Below are positions 1-11,655 of a stretch of DNA of 64,000 nt, one piece after another (the first letter of the stretch is position 1; each line of letters begins with the position of its first letter). Position numbers and translations under genes: made by a program. The notes under the pieces were generated by a model, which had not been told where the DNA came from, did no database searches, and saw nothing but the letters and a program-made list of their open reading frames with translations. The stretch covers positions 4,464,001-4,528,000 of the forward strand of contig CATNEN010000001.1 in the NCBI GenBank assembly GCA_950097015.1, read 5' to 3'. Origin of the DNA: Macrostomum hystrix. Taxonomy: Eukaryota > Animalia > Platyhelminthes.

Positions 1-252
1 GATACAAAAATGACCAATGCGATTTAAAGACGAACGAAAGGTACTTCAATAATGTGAATTGTAGCCAAAATTTAGTTTTTACAGTAAAATTTCGAAAAAA
101 TAGTTCTTTTCCTCTTACTTTTTTGTCTTTTTGTATTCAAATCTCGGATAGATGGCGATGACAAAAGACAAACATGTTTTAGGTTTTAGGTCTTGGTATT
201 GTTGATTTGTGTGACGTGTGTGTATAAATAAATTACAATGTGTTGATTATGG

Positions 253-690
253 GTTTAGGTTGAGTAGGGTTTGGGTTGAGAAGGATTTTGGTTGAGTAGT
301 GTTTAGGTTGATTTGGGTTTGGGTTGAGTAGGGTTTGGGTTGAGTAGGGTTTGGGTTGAGTAGTGTTTAGGTTGATTTGGGTTTGGGTTGAGTAGGGTTT
401 GGGTTGAGTAGGGTTTAGGTTGAGTAGGGTTTGAGTAGGGTTTGGGTTGAGTAAGGTTTGGGTTGAGTAGGGTTTGGGTTGATTTGGGTTTGGGTTTAGT
501 CGAGTTTGGGTTGAGTCGGGTTGAGAATTGTTTGTGTTCAGTAGGGTTTGTCTTGAGTAGGCTTTGGGCTTAAGTAGGTTTTAGGCTGAGTAGATTTTTT
601 GTTGAGTAGGGTTTCAGATAAGTAGGATTTGGTTTGAGTAAGGTTTTGGTTTGAGATAGTTTATAGTAAGGTGAGTTTAGGTTGGGCTTT
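253..690. repeat. G-rich 16-bp minisatellite (GGTTGAGTAGGGTTTG)n, degenerating to the right
   Basis: Direct tandem copies at 253-520, decayed copies to ~690. Confidence 0.9.
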
Positions 691-812
691 TTGGAGAGAA
701 TAGGGTAGGATTTTTGTTCGATTTTAAGCATAAACTGTGCAGTTCTTAAAAATATTTCGTACGACAATAAGGTAAAACAGGATAGTTAAGGAGGCCATGA
801 AACAGGACTCAC

Positions 813-926
813 AGACGTAGTACTTGGCCAAGCAGCAGCGAATGCAGAAAGCTAAATTGACAATTAGCGACACACAGAGCAGGGCTGGCACTCCGAATAC
901 GAAATCTGCGCGTGCGAACTGGATCA
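813..926 (-). CDS. Transmembrane-domain exon of a type I membrane protein (gene partial; last exon(s) not located)
   Basis: Acceptor aatccgcAG|926, donor 813|GTGAGT, both phase 1. Encodes IQFARADFVFGVPALLCVSLIVNLAFCIRCCLAKYYV: a hydrophobic helix followed by juxtamembrane Cys residues. Confidence 0.75.
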
Positions 927-1065
927 CTGCGGATTTAAGGCCATTGTGGATGATAGTTTTGTTTCTAACAAAAGTTAAAAATCGTTGGAATTGTTTTATT
1001 TGCTGTACTTTTTTACCCTCTCAGTCTCTCCCATCTTTCTCTTCTTTTAATGTATCTTTTCTGAC

Positions 1066-1665
1066 CTTATCTCTCTCCTATCTCCTTATCTCTCTCCTAT
1101 CTCCTTATCTCTCTCCTGTCTCTTTATCTCTCTCCTGTTTCCTTATCTCTCTCCTGTCTCCTTATCTCTCTCCTGTCTCATTATCTCTCTCCTGTATCCT
1201 TATCTCTCTCCTGTATCCTTATCTCTCTCCTGTTTCCTTATCTCTCTCCTGTCTCATTATCTCTCTCCTGTATCCTTATCTCTCTCCTGTATCCTTATCT
1301 CTCTCCTGTTTCCTTATCTCTCTCCTGTATCCTTATCTCTCTCCTGTCCCATTATCTCTCTCCTGTTTCCTTATCTCTCTCCTGTCTCATTATCTCTCTC
1401 CTGTATCCTTATCTCTCTCCTGTCCCATTATCTCTCTCCTGTTTCCTTATCTCTCTCCTGTCTCCTTATCTCTCTCCCGTCTTTTTATCTCTCTCCTGTC
1501 TTTTTATCTCTCTCCTGTCTCATTATCTCTCTCCTGTCTCCTTATCTCTCTCCTGTCTCCTTATCTCTCTCCTGTATCCTTATCTCTCTCCTGACTCCTT
1601 ATCTCTCTCCTGTCTCCTTATCTCTCTCCTGTCTCATTATCTCTCTCCTGTCTCCTTATCTCTCT
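1066..1665. repeat. 19-bp minisatellite (CTTATCTCTCTCCTGTCTC)n, intronic
   Basis: Tandem array; ORF 824..1594 shows the matching 19-aa period. Confidence 0.95.
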
Positions 1666-1807
1666 AGTATCTCATTTTCTCTGGCTTTATCTCTCTCTTC
1701 TCTCCTTCCACCCTCAAACTTAAATCTGATTGTCTCATCCTTTGATTTTTGTCTTTGGCAAAAAAACGAAGCCAGAATTGATCAAAATTCTCCCGACTCC
1801 AACTTAC

Positions 1808-1897
1808 ATCGCGCATCGTAATTGGTTGTGTCATCTCTGTTTCCAGTTTCGGTTGTTGCATCTGTCCCAGCTTGACCACTGTCTGGTTGGGGTTGCC
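1808..1897 (-). CDS. Stalk exon of the type I membrane protein
   Basis: Acceptor ttcatttcattctcAG|1897, donor 1808|GTAAGT; 90 nt, phase 1-1. Encodes QPQPDSGQAGTDATTETGNRDDTTNYDAR, in frame with both neighbouring exons. Confidence 0.75.
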
Positions 1898-2284
1898 CTG
1901 AGAATGAAATGAATTGTGTTGCCAATTTTAGCAATTTCTTCAGTAAGTTTTCGTTTAGGTGGAATCCCGCTGTGAGTTTATTGTGCAACTAGTATGAACA
2001 TAAACGTTGCTTTTAAAAACCTTTTTACTCTCACACCACTGCCTAAAATAGGCTTTATCTATTGGGCTCACGACTTGCTAAAAAATGACAGCCATTTTGA
2101 GTACAACGACTATGAGTTGAAGGAAACTTTTTCCGTTTAACTGCACCGGAAATCTTTTCTGTACGTAATGAGTGTTGTTACACTTGAAAGATTATAACTG
2201 AAATACTTTTGAAAGACCTCTCAGGTTTCTAGATATTGGTGATTTAGATCTAAAAAACTCTAAGGTTAATAGACAAAACGGATA

Positions 2285-3265
2285 GAGAGGAGAGAATAGA
2301 TGAGATGGAGAGACAGGAGAGAATAGAGAGTAGTGGAGATGGACAAACAGAAGAGAATAGAGAATAGATGAGATGGAGAGACAGGAGAGAATAGAGAATA
2401 GATGAGATGGAGAGACAGGAGAGAATAGAGAATAGATGAGATGGAGAGACAGGAGAGAATAGAGAATAGATGAGATGAAAAGACAGGAGAGAATAGAGAA
2501 TAGATGAGATGGAGAGACAGGAGAGAATAGAGAGTAGTGGAGATGGAGAGACAGGAGAGAATAGAGAATAGATGAGATGGAGAGACAGGAGAGAACAGAG
2601 AATAGATGAGATGGAGAGACAGGAGAGAATAGAGAATAGATGAGATGGAGAGACAGGAGAGAATAGAGAATAGATGAGATGGAGAGACAGGAGAGAATAG
2701 AGAATAGATGAGATGGAGAGACAGGAGAGAATAGAGAATAGATGAGATGGAGAGACAGGAGAGAATAGAGAGTAGTGGAGATGGAGAGACAGGAGAGAAT
2801 AGAGAATAGATGAGATGGAGAGACAGGAGAGAATAGAGAATAGATGAGATGGACAGACAGGAGAGAATAGAGAATTGATGAGATGGAGAGACAGGAGAGA
2901 ATAGAGAATAGATGAGATGGAGAGACAGGAGAGAATAGAGAATATATGAGATGGAGAGACAGGAGAGAATAGAGAATTGATGAGATGGAGAGACAGGAGA
3001 GAATAGAGAATTGATGAGATGGAGAGACAGGAGAGAATAGAGAATAGATGAGATGGAGACACAGGAGAGAATAGAGAATTGATGAGATGGAGAGACAGGA
3101 GAGAATAGAGAATAGATGAGATGGAGAGACAGGAGAGAATAGGGAATTGATGAGATGGAGAGACAGGAGAGAATAGAGAATAGATGAGATGGAGAGACAG
3201 GAGAGAATAGAGAATTGATGAGAATAGATGAGATGGAGAGACAGGAGAGAATAGAGAATTGATGA
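2285..3265. repeat. 34-bp minisatellite (GAGAATAGAGAATAGATGAGATGGAGAGACAGGA)n, intronic
   Basis: Period 34 (e.g. 2401 vs 2435); a few further copies at 3394-3500. Confidence 0.95.
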
Positions 3266-3306
3266 GACAATGAGAGTAGCAGTGCTCAGGAGGCAGGTTC
3301 GCTCAC

Positions 3307-3390
3307 TGGTTGGTGGCAGCTCCGGATCAGGCGGTGCTAGGGTAGGACGCTGAGGAGTTTTGGCCACCGCGCTGCTGGTGGTTGTAACGG
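3307..3390 (-). CDS. Candidate duplicated 84-nt cassette exon (T/P-rich stalk)
   Basis: Copy of 3543-3626 (offset 236). Acceptor tctctcctgtctgtcCAG|3390, donor 3307|GTGAGC, phase 1-1, no stop: VTTTSSAVAKTPQRPTLAPPDPELPPT. Confidence 0.45.
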
Positions 3391-3542
3391 CTGGACAGAC
3401 AGGAGAGAATAGAGAATAGATGAGATGGAGAGACAGGAGAGAATAGAGAATTGATGAGAATAGATGAGATGGAGAGACAGGAGAGAATAGAGAATTGATG
3501 AGACAATGAGAGTAGCAGTGCTCAGGAGGCAGGTTCGCTCAC

Positions 3543-4067
3543 TGGTTGGTGGCAGCTCCGGATCAGGCGGTGCTAGGGTAGGACGCTGAGGAGTTTTGGC
3601 CACCGCGCTGCTGGTGGTTGTAACGGCTGCAGCAGGCGGTTCAGTGACAATTGGCTGTCGACCCAGCACCTCCCTGCTGATGGCGACATCTCCGCTAGTT
3701 TTAGCTTGAAATCTGCAATACCAGTTGCCGGCTAGTTTAGCCTGACGAATATCGATTTGTAGATCGATCGATTTGGCGCCGTAGGTCGGCTTGGACATTG
3801 CGCATCTGACGGAGCTGTTCAACACGGCATCGGCCAATTCGCAAGCCTGTCCTATTCCAATCGAGCACAATGGGCTGCAGTCGTAGAAGCACGGACTGCC
3901 GGATTTAATGGCCGGACAGTAAAACTGGATCTTTTGGTCATCGATTGGACCAACAATGCCGCTGACGTGGCAGGACACTATGATCACATTGGCGGTGACA
4001 TTCAGGCTGAGTTTCACGTTCAGGTCGGAGCTGGACGAGGCCCTGCCGATGTCTTGAAGGACTGCGG
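3543..4067 (-). CDS. Ectodomain exon: Cys-rich Ig-like domain plus T/P-rich stalk of a type I membrane protein (signal-peptide exon not located)
   Basis: Acceptor ctttaacAG|4067 (alternative CAG|4061), donor 3543|GTGAGC, phase 1-1. Eight Cys, with IIVSCHV and AGNWYCRF resembling Ig B/F strands; coding-like GC content. Confidence 0.75.
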
Positions 4068-4088
4068 CTGTTAAAGTATGAGGGGCAC

Positions 4089-4243
4089 TTTTTTTTATTA
4101 CACCTGCCCTAATTTGGCCGGCAGATGTGTAGCCGACAGCACAGCCGCAGCTATTGCGCGGCGCATCTGAAGGCTGCGTACGGCTGTTCAGTCCATGGAC
4201 TGGGGGTACGCCACACTCAGCTAATGCTGACACCATTCAACAG
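4089..4243 (-). mobile_element. SINE family B, 5'-truncated copy
   Basis: Closely matches 47718-47880 and 46850-46972 (gcagctattgcgcggcgcatctgaaggctgcgtac...gtccatggactggggg); A-rich tail on the minus strand. Confidence 0.85.
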
Positions 4244-4465
4244 TAGAATGACCATACCATTTTTCACCCCTGGGGAAGGGGATATTTCAAATACGCACTG
4301 CCTATTTCACAATAGCTCCCAAACCACCGAATGACTGATTTTCGTGAAATTGAAATTCCTTCCATTTTCAACTTTCAACGCCACCCTAGTCATCATTATC
4401 GAGATATTTAACGATTCTTGTCGAAGATGCTGGTGACAATGTCAAGTAACATTGTTCTTGGTTTA

Positions 4466-4824
4466 ATAATAATAATAATAATTGCAGGAGGGCTGCGGGC
4501 GATGGCACATCGTTTGGTGACACTAGACCCGCAGCCAGGGAGGAGGCAATTCTGCCCATTTCGCTGACTCCTGAGCACACACGCACACAGATACTGTACG
4601 CAGGCACACACAGGTGTGTACATCTGCCCTGGCTTTCTCATCGTCAGGCAGTGTGCACTTCACTGTGCCTTGGAGGTTGGCCCTCAAGGGCGTAAATTGC
4701 ACGACAAGCCCCCAAGCCTTCTCTCCGCGGCTGCGCCCCAAATTAATGTGGCCTCGCCGCGGAATCGAACTTAGGGACCTTGGTGCGAGAGGCAAACGCC
4801 TTAACCGCTCTGCCACCGACCCCC
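4466..4824 (-). mobile_element. SINE family A, full-length tRNA-derived copy with target-site duplication
   Basis: Head GGGGTCGGTGGCAGAGCGG (A box)...GTTCGATTCC (B box) and (ATT)n tail. TSD TTG(T/G)TCTTGGTTTA at 4452-4465 and 4826-4839 (13/14). Further copies at 24787 and 61950. Confidence 0.92.
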
Positions 4825-5562
4825 TTTGGTCTTGGTTTACATGACGAATCAATATTGGGTCAATATTATATATAATTAACCATATTTTCAATACAATATA
4901 AATAACAATAATAGTCGAATGGTTAAGTGATTAATTTTTGTGAGAAGAAACTTTTTTGTCTTTTGCCACCAAACTCCACGACGAGAATGCTTAATTGAAG
5001 CAATATAGAGTTTAATTGTCTTGCTAAAGTACACAAATTGTTCATTGCACGACAAACCCTAAATTTTCTGGCCTAAGATGATGCCGCGAGATCTGTGACT
5101 TTGGCCACGAACCGAAATATCCTCATTGTGCGTAGATTATCTCGAAATCCCATCTAGCTTCTGCTTGGATAAGGGAACTAATAGGTTTTCTCATCTTGAC
5201 TGATGAGAATGATAGTTTAAAAAACCAGGGGATGAAATCATGCACTTTAAATGCTTTTATACGACGAACAAGCACTTCTTTTGTCGAGTTCTGTGTTATG
5301 AAAATCTCGTAATTAATATTTAGGTTTTTTAATTCAAGCTCGGTCAAGTCTTGAGTCAATCTACTCAGTGATTGAAGGGCTTTGGGCACTCTCGCGCAGG
5401 GGTGTCAATCAACCGCAACCTTCTCAGCTTCAATCCGACTTCCCGGTTGGACAAAATCGACCTAAATTACGCTCAGCAAAAGACGAAATCCTTACATTTG
5501 CGACTTCGCGCTAATATTACTGCGTTCTATCTGCGAATACTAAGTAGTCACTCTAATACAGA

Positions 5563-8201
5563 TGATAGATGAGACAGTGGTGAGATGAGACAGTGGTGAG
5601 ATGAGAGAGTGGTGAGATGAGACACGGTAGAGATGAGACAGTGGTGAGATGAGACAGTGGTGAGATGAGACAGTGGTGAGATGAGACAGTGGAGAGATGA
5701 GACACGGTAGAGATGAGACAGTGGTGAGATGAGACAGTGGTGAGATGAGACAGTGGTGAGATGAGACAGTGGTGAGATGAGACAGTGGTGAGATGAGACA
5801 GTGGTGAGATGAGACAGTGGAGAGATGAGACACGGGAGAGATGAGACAGTGGTGAGATGAGACAGTGGTGAGATGAGACAGTGGTGAGATGAGACAGTGG
5901 AGAGATGAGACACGGTAGAGATGAGACAGTGGTGAGATGAGACAGTGGTGAGATGAGACAGTGGTGAGATGAGACAGTGGTGAGATGAGACAGTGGTGAG
6001 ATGAGACAGTGGTGAGATGAGACAGTGGAGAGATGAGACACGGGAGAGATGAGACAGTGGAGAGATGAGACAGTGGTGAGATGAGACAGTGGAGAGATGA
6101 GACACGGTAGAGATGAGACAGTGGTGAGATGAGACAGTGGTGAGATGAGACAGTGGTGAGATGAGACAGTGGAGAGATGAGACACGGTAGAGATGAGACA
6201 GTGGTGAGATGAGACAGTGGTGAGATGAGACAGTGGTGAGATGAGACAGTGGAGAGATGAGACACGGTAGAGATGAGACAGTGGTGAGATGAGACAGTGG
6301 TGAGATGAGACAGTGGTGAGATGAGACAGTGGTGAGATGAGACAGTGGTGAGATGAGACAGTGGTGAGATGAGACAGTGGTGAGATGAGACAGTGGAGAG
6401 ATGAGACACGGTAGAGATGAGACAGTGGTGAGATGAGACAGTGGTGAGATGAGACAGTGGTGAGATGAGACAGTGGTGAGATGAGACAGTGGAGAGATGA
6501 GACACGGTAGAGATGAGACAGTGGTGAGATGAGACAGTGGTGAGATGAGACAGTGGAGAGATGAGACACGGTAGAGATGAGACAGTGGTGAGATGAGACA
6601 GTGGTGAGATGAGACAGTGGTGAGATGAGACAGTGGAGAGATGAGACACGGTAGAGATGAGACAGTGGTGAGATGAGACAGTGGTGAGATGAGACAGTGG
6701 TGAGATGAGACAGTGGTGAGATGAGACAGTGGTGAGATGAGACAGTGGAGAGATGAGACACGGGAGAGATGAGACAGTGGAGAGATGAGACAGTGGTGAG
6801 ATGAGACAGTGGAGAGATGAGACACGGTAGAGATGAGACAGTGGTGAGATGAGACAGTGGTGAGATGAGACAGTGGTGAGATGAGACAGTGGAGAGATGA
6901 GACACGGTAGAGATGAGACAGTGGTGAGATGAGACAGTGGTGAGATGAGACAGTGGTGAGATGAGACAGTGGAGAGATGAGACACGGTAGAGATGAGACA
7001 GTGGTGAGATGAGACAGTGGTGAGATGAGACAGTGGTGAGATGAGACAGTGGTGAGATGAGACAGTGGTGAGATGAGACAGTGGTGAGATGAGACACGGG
7101 AGAGATGAGACACGAGAGAGATGAGACACGGGAGAGATGAGACACGGTAGAGATGAGACACGGGAGAGATGAGACACGGGAGAGAGGAGACACGGGAGAG
7201 ATGAGACACGGGAGAGATGAGAAACGGGAGAGATGAGACATGGGAGAGATGAGACATGGGAGAGATGAGACATGGGAGAGATGAGCTATGGAAGAGATGA
7301 GACACGGGAGAGATGAGACACGGGAGAGATGAGACACGGGAGAGATGAGACACGGGAGAGATGGGACACGGGAGAGATGGGACACGGGAGAGATGGGACA
7401 CGGGAGAGATGGGACACGGGGAGATGAGACACGGGAGAGATGAGACACGGGAGAGATGAGACACGGGAGAGATGAGATACGGTAGACTGGGGAGAGATGA
7501 GACACGGTGCAGATGAGACACGGGAGAGATGAGACACGGGAGAGATCAGACACGGGAGAGATGAGACACGGGAGAGATGAGACACGGGAGAGATGGGACA
7601 CGGGAGAGATGGGACACGGGAGAGATGAGACACGGGAGAGATGAGACACGGGAGAGATGAGACACGGGAGAGATGAGACACGGGAGAGATGAGACACGGG
7701 AGAGATGAGACACGGGAGAGATGGGACACGGGAGAGATGGGACACGGGAGAGATGGGACACGGGAGAGATGGGACACGGGGAGATGAGACACGGGAGAGA
7801 TGAGACACGGGAGAGATGAGACACGGGAGAGATGAGATACGGTAGACTGGGGAGAGATGAGACACGGTGCAGATGAGACACGGGAGAGATGAGACACGGG
7901 AGAGATCAGACACGGGAGAGATGAGACACGGGAGAGATGAGACACGGGAGAGATGGGACACGGGAGAGATGGGACACGGGAGAGATGAGACACGGGAGAG
8001 ATGAGACACGGGAGAGATGAGACACGGGAGAGATGAGACACGGGAGAGATGGGACACGGGAGAGATGGGACACGGGAGAGATGAGACACGGGAGAGATGA
8101 GACACGGGAGAGATGAGACACGGGAGAGATGAGACACGGGAGAGATGAGACACGGGAGAGATGAGACACGGGAGAGATGAGACACGGGAGAGATGAGACA
8201 T
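5563..8201. repeat. 16-bp minisatellite with two subdomains: (GAGATGAGACAGTGGT)n to ~7090, then (GAGATGAGACACGGGA)n
   Basis: Period 16. Higher-order copies at offset 720 (6001 vs 6721) and 360 (7321 vs 7681). Confidence 0.97.
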
Positions 8202-9254
8202 GATTTAGGTGCTGAAAATGCCAGGTGAGCATTGAAGAGTTTTAAGCTTGAGTCCTGATTCCTGCCCTATGAAAGCGTATTGATTGTCTAATTATTATGT
8301 AACTGAAGATCACTTTACTCATTTACTTATATAACCTTACAGGCTACAGAAATCAATTTATTTTCATAGAACATGTACACTTGAGCTGAGGAGTATTCTT
8401 ATGATTTCAATTCATTAAAGCCACTGTATTTTTCCGGTCGTAGAAGCAGCCACTTGTGTTCTATACATTTTTCCACTTTACTATCTACATACGTATACGA
8501 GTAAGCCTATTTATTGTGAAGTCTATTGTTGAGCGTGTCGGATATTTAATTAAAACAGCATGGCACAACTGTGGCGTGTGGCAACATAAGCTACTTTTGC
8601 TTAGTGTCACAATTCGTCTAACTAAAGAGTTTGGTACATTGAAAAAGCCGGGTTATAACTAGAAAAATGGCATTGTCCATTGTTGCTAATAATATATGCT
8701 AGATTATTTTGGTCCACAGATTCACAGCCAATTTTGCCAAGTCAAGCCAATCAACTTGCTCAGTGGATTAGTAATTATTTGAAGTGTACAATGAATGGAA
8801 CCACATGGATCTAAATGGGAGACAAGGGGAGAGAATGGGAAGTGACTCAACTGCAGTCTAGCTGATTATTTTCTTCTCTCCTCCCAATCCGTTCCACTAC
8901 CCAAGCTGACTGGACTCAAAATTTTGCTCAACATGCACACTAAAATGAGAGGTACTGCATATAAACCATTAGTCTAACTCCAGTCTAACCAAAGCCCCAT
9001 TGTCGGATAAAGCTACTAATGGATCATAACACCTAGTATTGAATGGGATATAGTTATTTATTTCCAATTCTTAACATTATTCATACTGCTGTGGCTTTAA
9101 GGTTAGACTAAACACAGTTTTTACATTTGTTAGAACGCTTATTTTAAAATTTCGCGGAAAGACAAATTCAATACAATTTTATAAATAATAGCTTTTGTAT
9201 TCTGCACAATTTCCCGTGCTAAATATCGCTTCTCCGCACTTCCACCCCCTCATC

Positions 9255-11655
9255 CGCCCTCTCCCTCCTTCTCTTCCGCTCTCACCCTCCTTCGCTTCCG
9301 CCCTCTCCATCCTTCGCTTCCGCCCTCTCCCTCCTTCTCTTCCGCCCTCTCCCTCCTTCTCTTCCGCTCTCTCCCTCCTTCGCTTCCGCCCTCTCCATCC
9401 TTCGCTTCCGCCCTCTCCCTCCTTCTCTTCCGCCCTCTCCCTCCTTCTCTTCCGCTCTCACCCTCCTTCGCTTCCGCCCTCTCCATCCTTCGCTTCCGCC
9501 CTCTCCCTCCTTCTCTTCCGCCCTCTCCCTCCTTCTCTTCCGCTCTCTCCCTCCTTCTCTTCCGCTCTCTCCCTCCTTCTCTTCCGCTCTCTCCCTCCTT
9601 CTCTCCCGCCCTCTCCCTCCTTCTCTTCCACCCTCTCCATCCTTCTCTTCCACCCTCTCCATCCTTTTCTTCTGCTCTCTCCCTCCTTCTCTTCCGCTCT
9701 CTCCCTCCTTCTCTCCCGCCCTCTCCCTCCTTCTCTTCCACCCTCTCCATCCTTTTCTTCTGCTCTCTCCCTCCTTCTCTTCCGCTCTCTCCCTCCTTCT
9801 CTCCCGCCCTCTCCCTCCTTCTCTTCCACCCTCTCCATCCTTTTCTTCTGCCCTCTCCCTCCTTCGCTTCCGCCCTCTCCCTCCTTCTCCTCCGCTCTCT
9901 CCCTCCTTCTCTTCCACTCTCTCCCTCCTTCTCTTCCGCCCTCTCCCTCCTCTCTTCCGCCGTCTCCCTCCTTCGCTTCCGCTCTCTCCCTCCTTCTCTT
10001 CCGCCGTCTCACCCCTTCTCTTCCGCTCTCTCCCTCCTTCTCTTCCGCTCTCTCCCTCCTTCTCTTCCGTCCTCTCCCTCCTTCTCTTCCGTCCTCTCCC
10101 TCCTTCTCTTCTGCTCTCTCCCTCCTTCTCTTCCGCTCTCTCCCTCGTTCTCTTCCGCCCTCTCCCTCCTTCTCTTCCGCCCTCTCCCTCCTTCTCTTCC
10201 GCTCTCTCCCTCCTTCTCTTCCGCTCTCTCCCTCCTTCTCTTCCGCCCTCTCCCTCCTTCTCTTCCGCCCTCTCCCTCCTTCTCTTCCGCCCTCTCTCTC
10301 CTTCTCTTCCACTCTCTCCCTCCTTCTCTTCCGCCGTCTCACTCCTTCGCTTCCGCTCTCTCCCTCCTTCTCTTCCGCTCTCTCCCTCCTTCTCTTCCGT
10401 CCTCTCCCTCCTTCTCTTCCGTCCTCTCCCTCCTTCTCTTCTGCTCTCTCCCTCCTTCTCTTCCGCTCTCTCCCTCGTTCTCTTCCGCCGTCTCCCTCAT
10501 TCTCTTCCGTCCTCTCCCTCCTTCTCTTCTGCTCTCTCCCTCCTTCTCTTCCGCTCTCTCCCTCGTTCTCTTCCGCCGTCTCCCTCGTTCTCTTCCGCCC
10601 TCTCCCTCCTTCTCTTCCGCCCTCTCCCTCCTTCTCTTCCGCTCTCTCCCTCCTTCTCTTCCGCTCTCTCCCTCCTTCTCTTCCGCCCTCTCCCTCCTTC
10701 TCTTCCGCCCTCTCCCTCCTTCTCTTCCGCCCTCTCTCTCCTTCTCTTCCACTCTCTCCCTCCTTCTCTTCCGCCGTCTCACTCCTTCGCTTCCGCTCTC
10801 TCCCTCCTTCTCTTCCGCTCTCTCCCTCCTTCTCTTCCGTCCTCTCCCTCCTTCTCTTCCGTCCTCTCCCTCCTTCTCTTCTGCTCTCTCCCTCCTTCTC
10901 TTCCGCTCTCTCCCTCGTTCTCTTCCGCCGTCTCCCTCATTCTCTTCCGTCCTCTCCCTCCTTCTCTTCTGCTCTCTCCCTCCTTCTCTTCCGCTCTCTC
11001 CCTCGTTCTCTTCCGCCGTCTCCCTCGTTCTCTTCCGCCCTCTCCCTCCTTCTCTTCCGCCCTCTCCCTCCTTCTCTTCCGCTCTCTCCCTCCTTCTCTT
11101 CCGCTCTCTCCCTCCTTCTCTTCCGCCCTCTCCCTCCTTCTCTTCCGCCCTCTCCCTCCTTCTCTTCCGCCCTCTCTCTCCTTCTCTTCCACTCTCTCCC
11201 TCCTTCTCTTCCGCCGTCTCACTCCTTCGCTTCCGCTCTCTCCCTCCTTCTCTTCCGCTCTCTCCCTCCTTCTCTTCCGTCCTCTCCCTCCTTCTCTTCC
11301 GTCCTCTCCCTCCTTCTCTTCTGCTCTCTCCCTCCTTCTCTTCCGCTCTCTCCCTCGTTCTCTTCCGCCGTCTCCCTCATTCTCTTCTGCTCTCTCCCTA
11401 CTTCTCTTCCGTCCTCTCCCTCATTCTCTTCCGCCGTCTCCCTCCTTCTCTTCTGCTCTCTCCTCTTCCGCCCTCTCCCTCCTTCTCTTCCGTCCTCTCC
11501 CTCCTTCTCTTCTGCTCTCTCCCTCCTTCTCTTCCGCTCTCTCCCTCGTTCTCTTCCGCCGTCTCCCTCATTCTCTTCTGCTCTCTCCCTACTTCTCTTC
11601 CGTCCTCTCCCTCATTCTCTTCCGTCCTCTCCCTACGTCTTTTCTACTCTCTCCC
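9255..11655. repeat. 22-bp pyrimidine-rich minisatellite (CCCTCTCCCTCCTTCTCTTCCG)n with a 440-bp higher-order repeat
   Basis: Tandem array; ORFs 10339..10782 and 10779..11222 translate identically. Confidence 0.97.

Noticed and set aside
253-520. Telomeric repeat
   Set aside because: The unit is 16 bp rather than (TTAGGG)n, and the array is internal.
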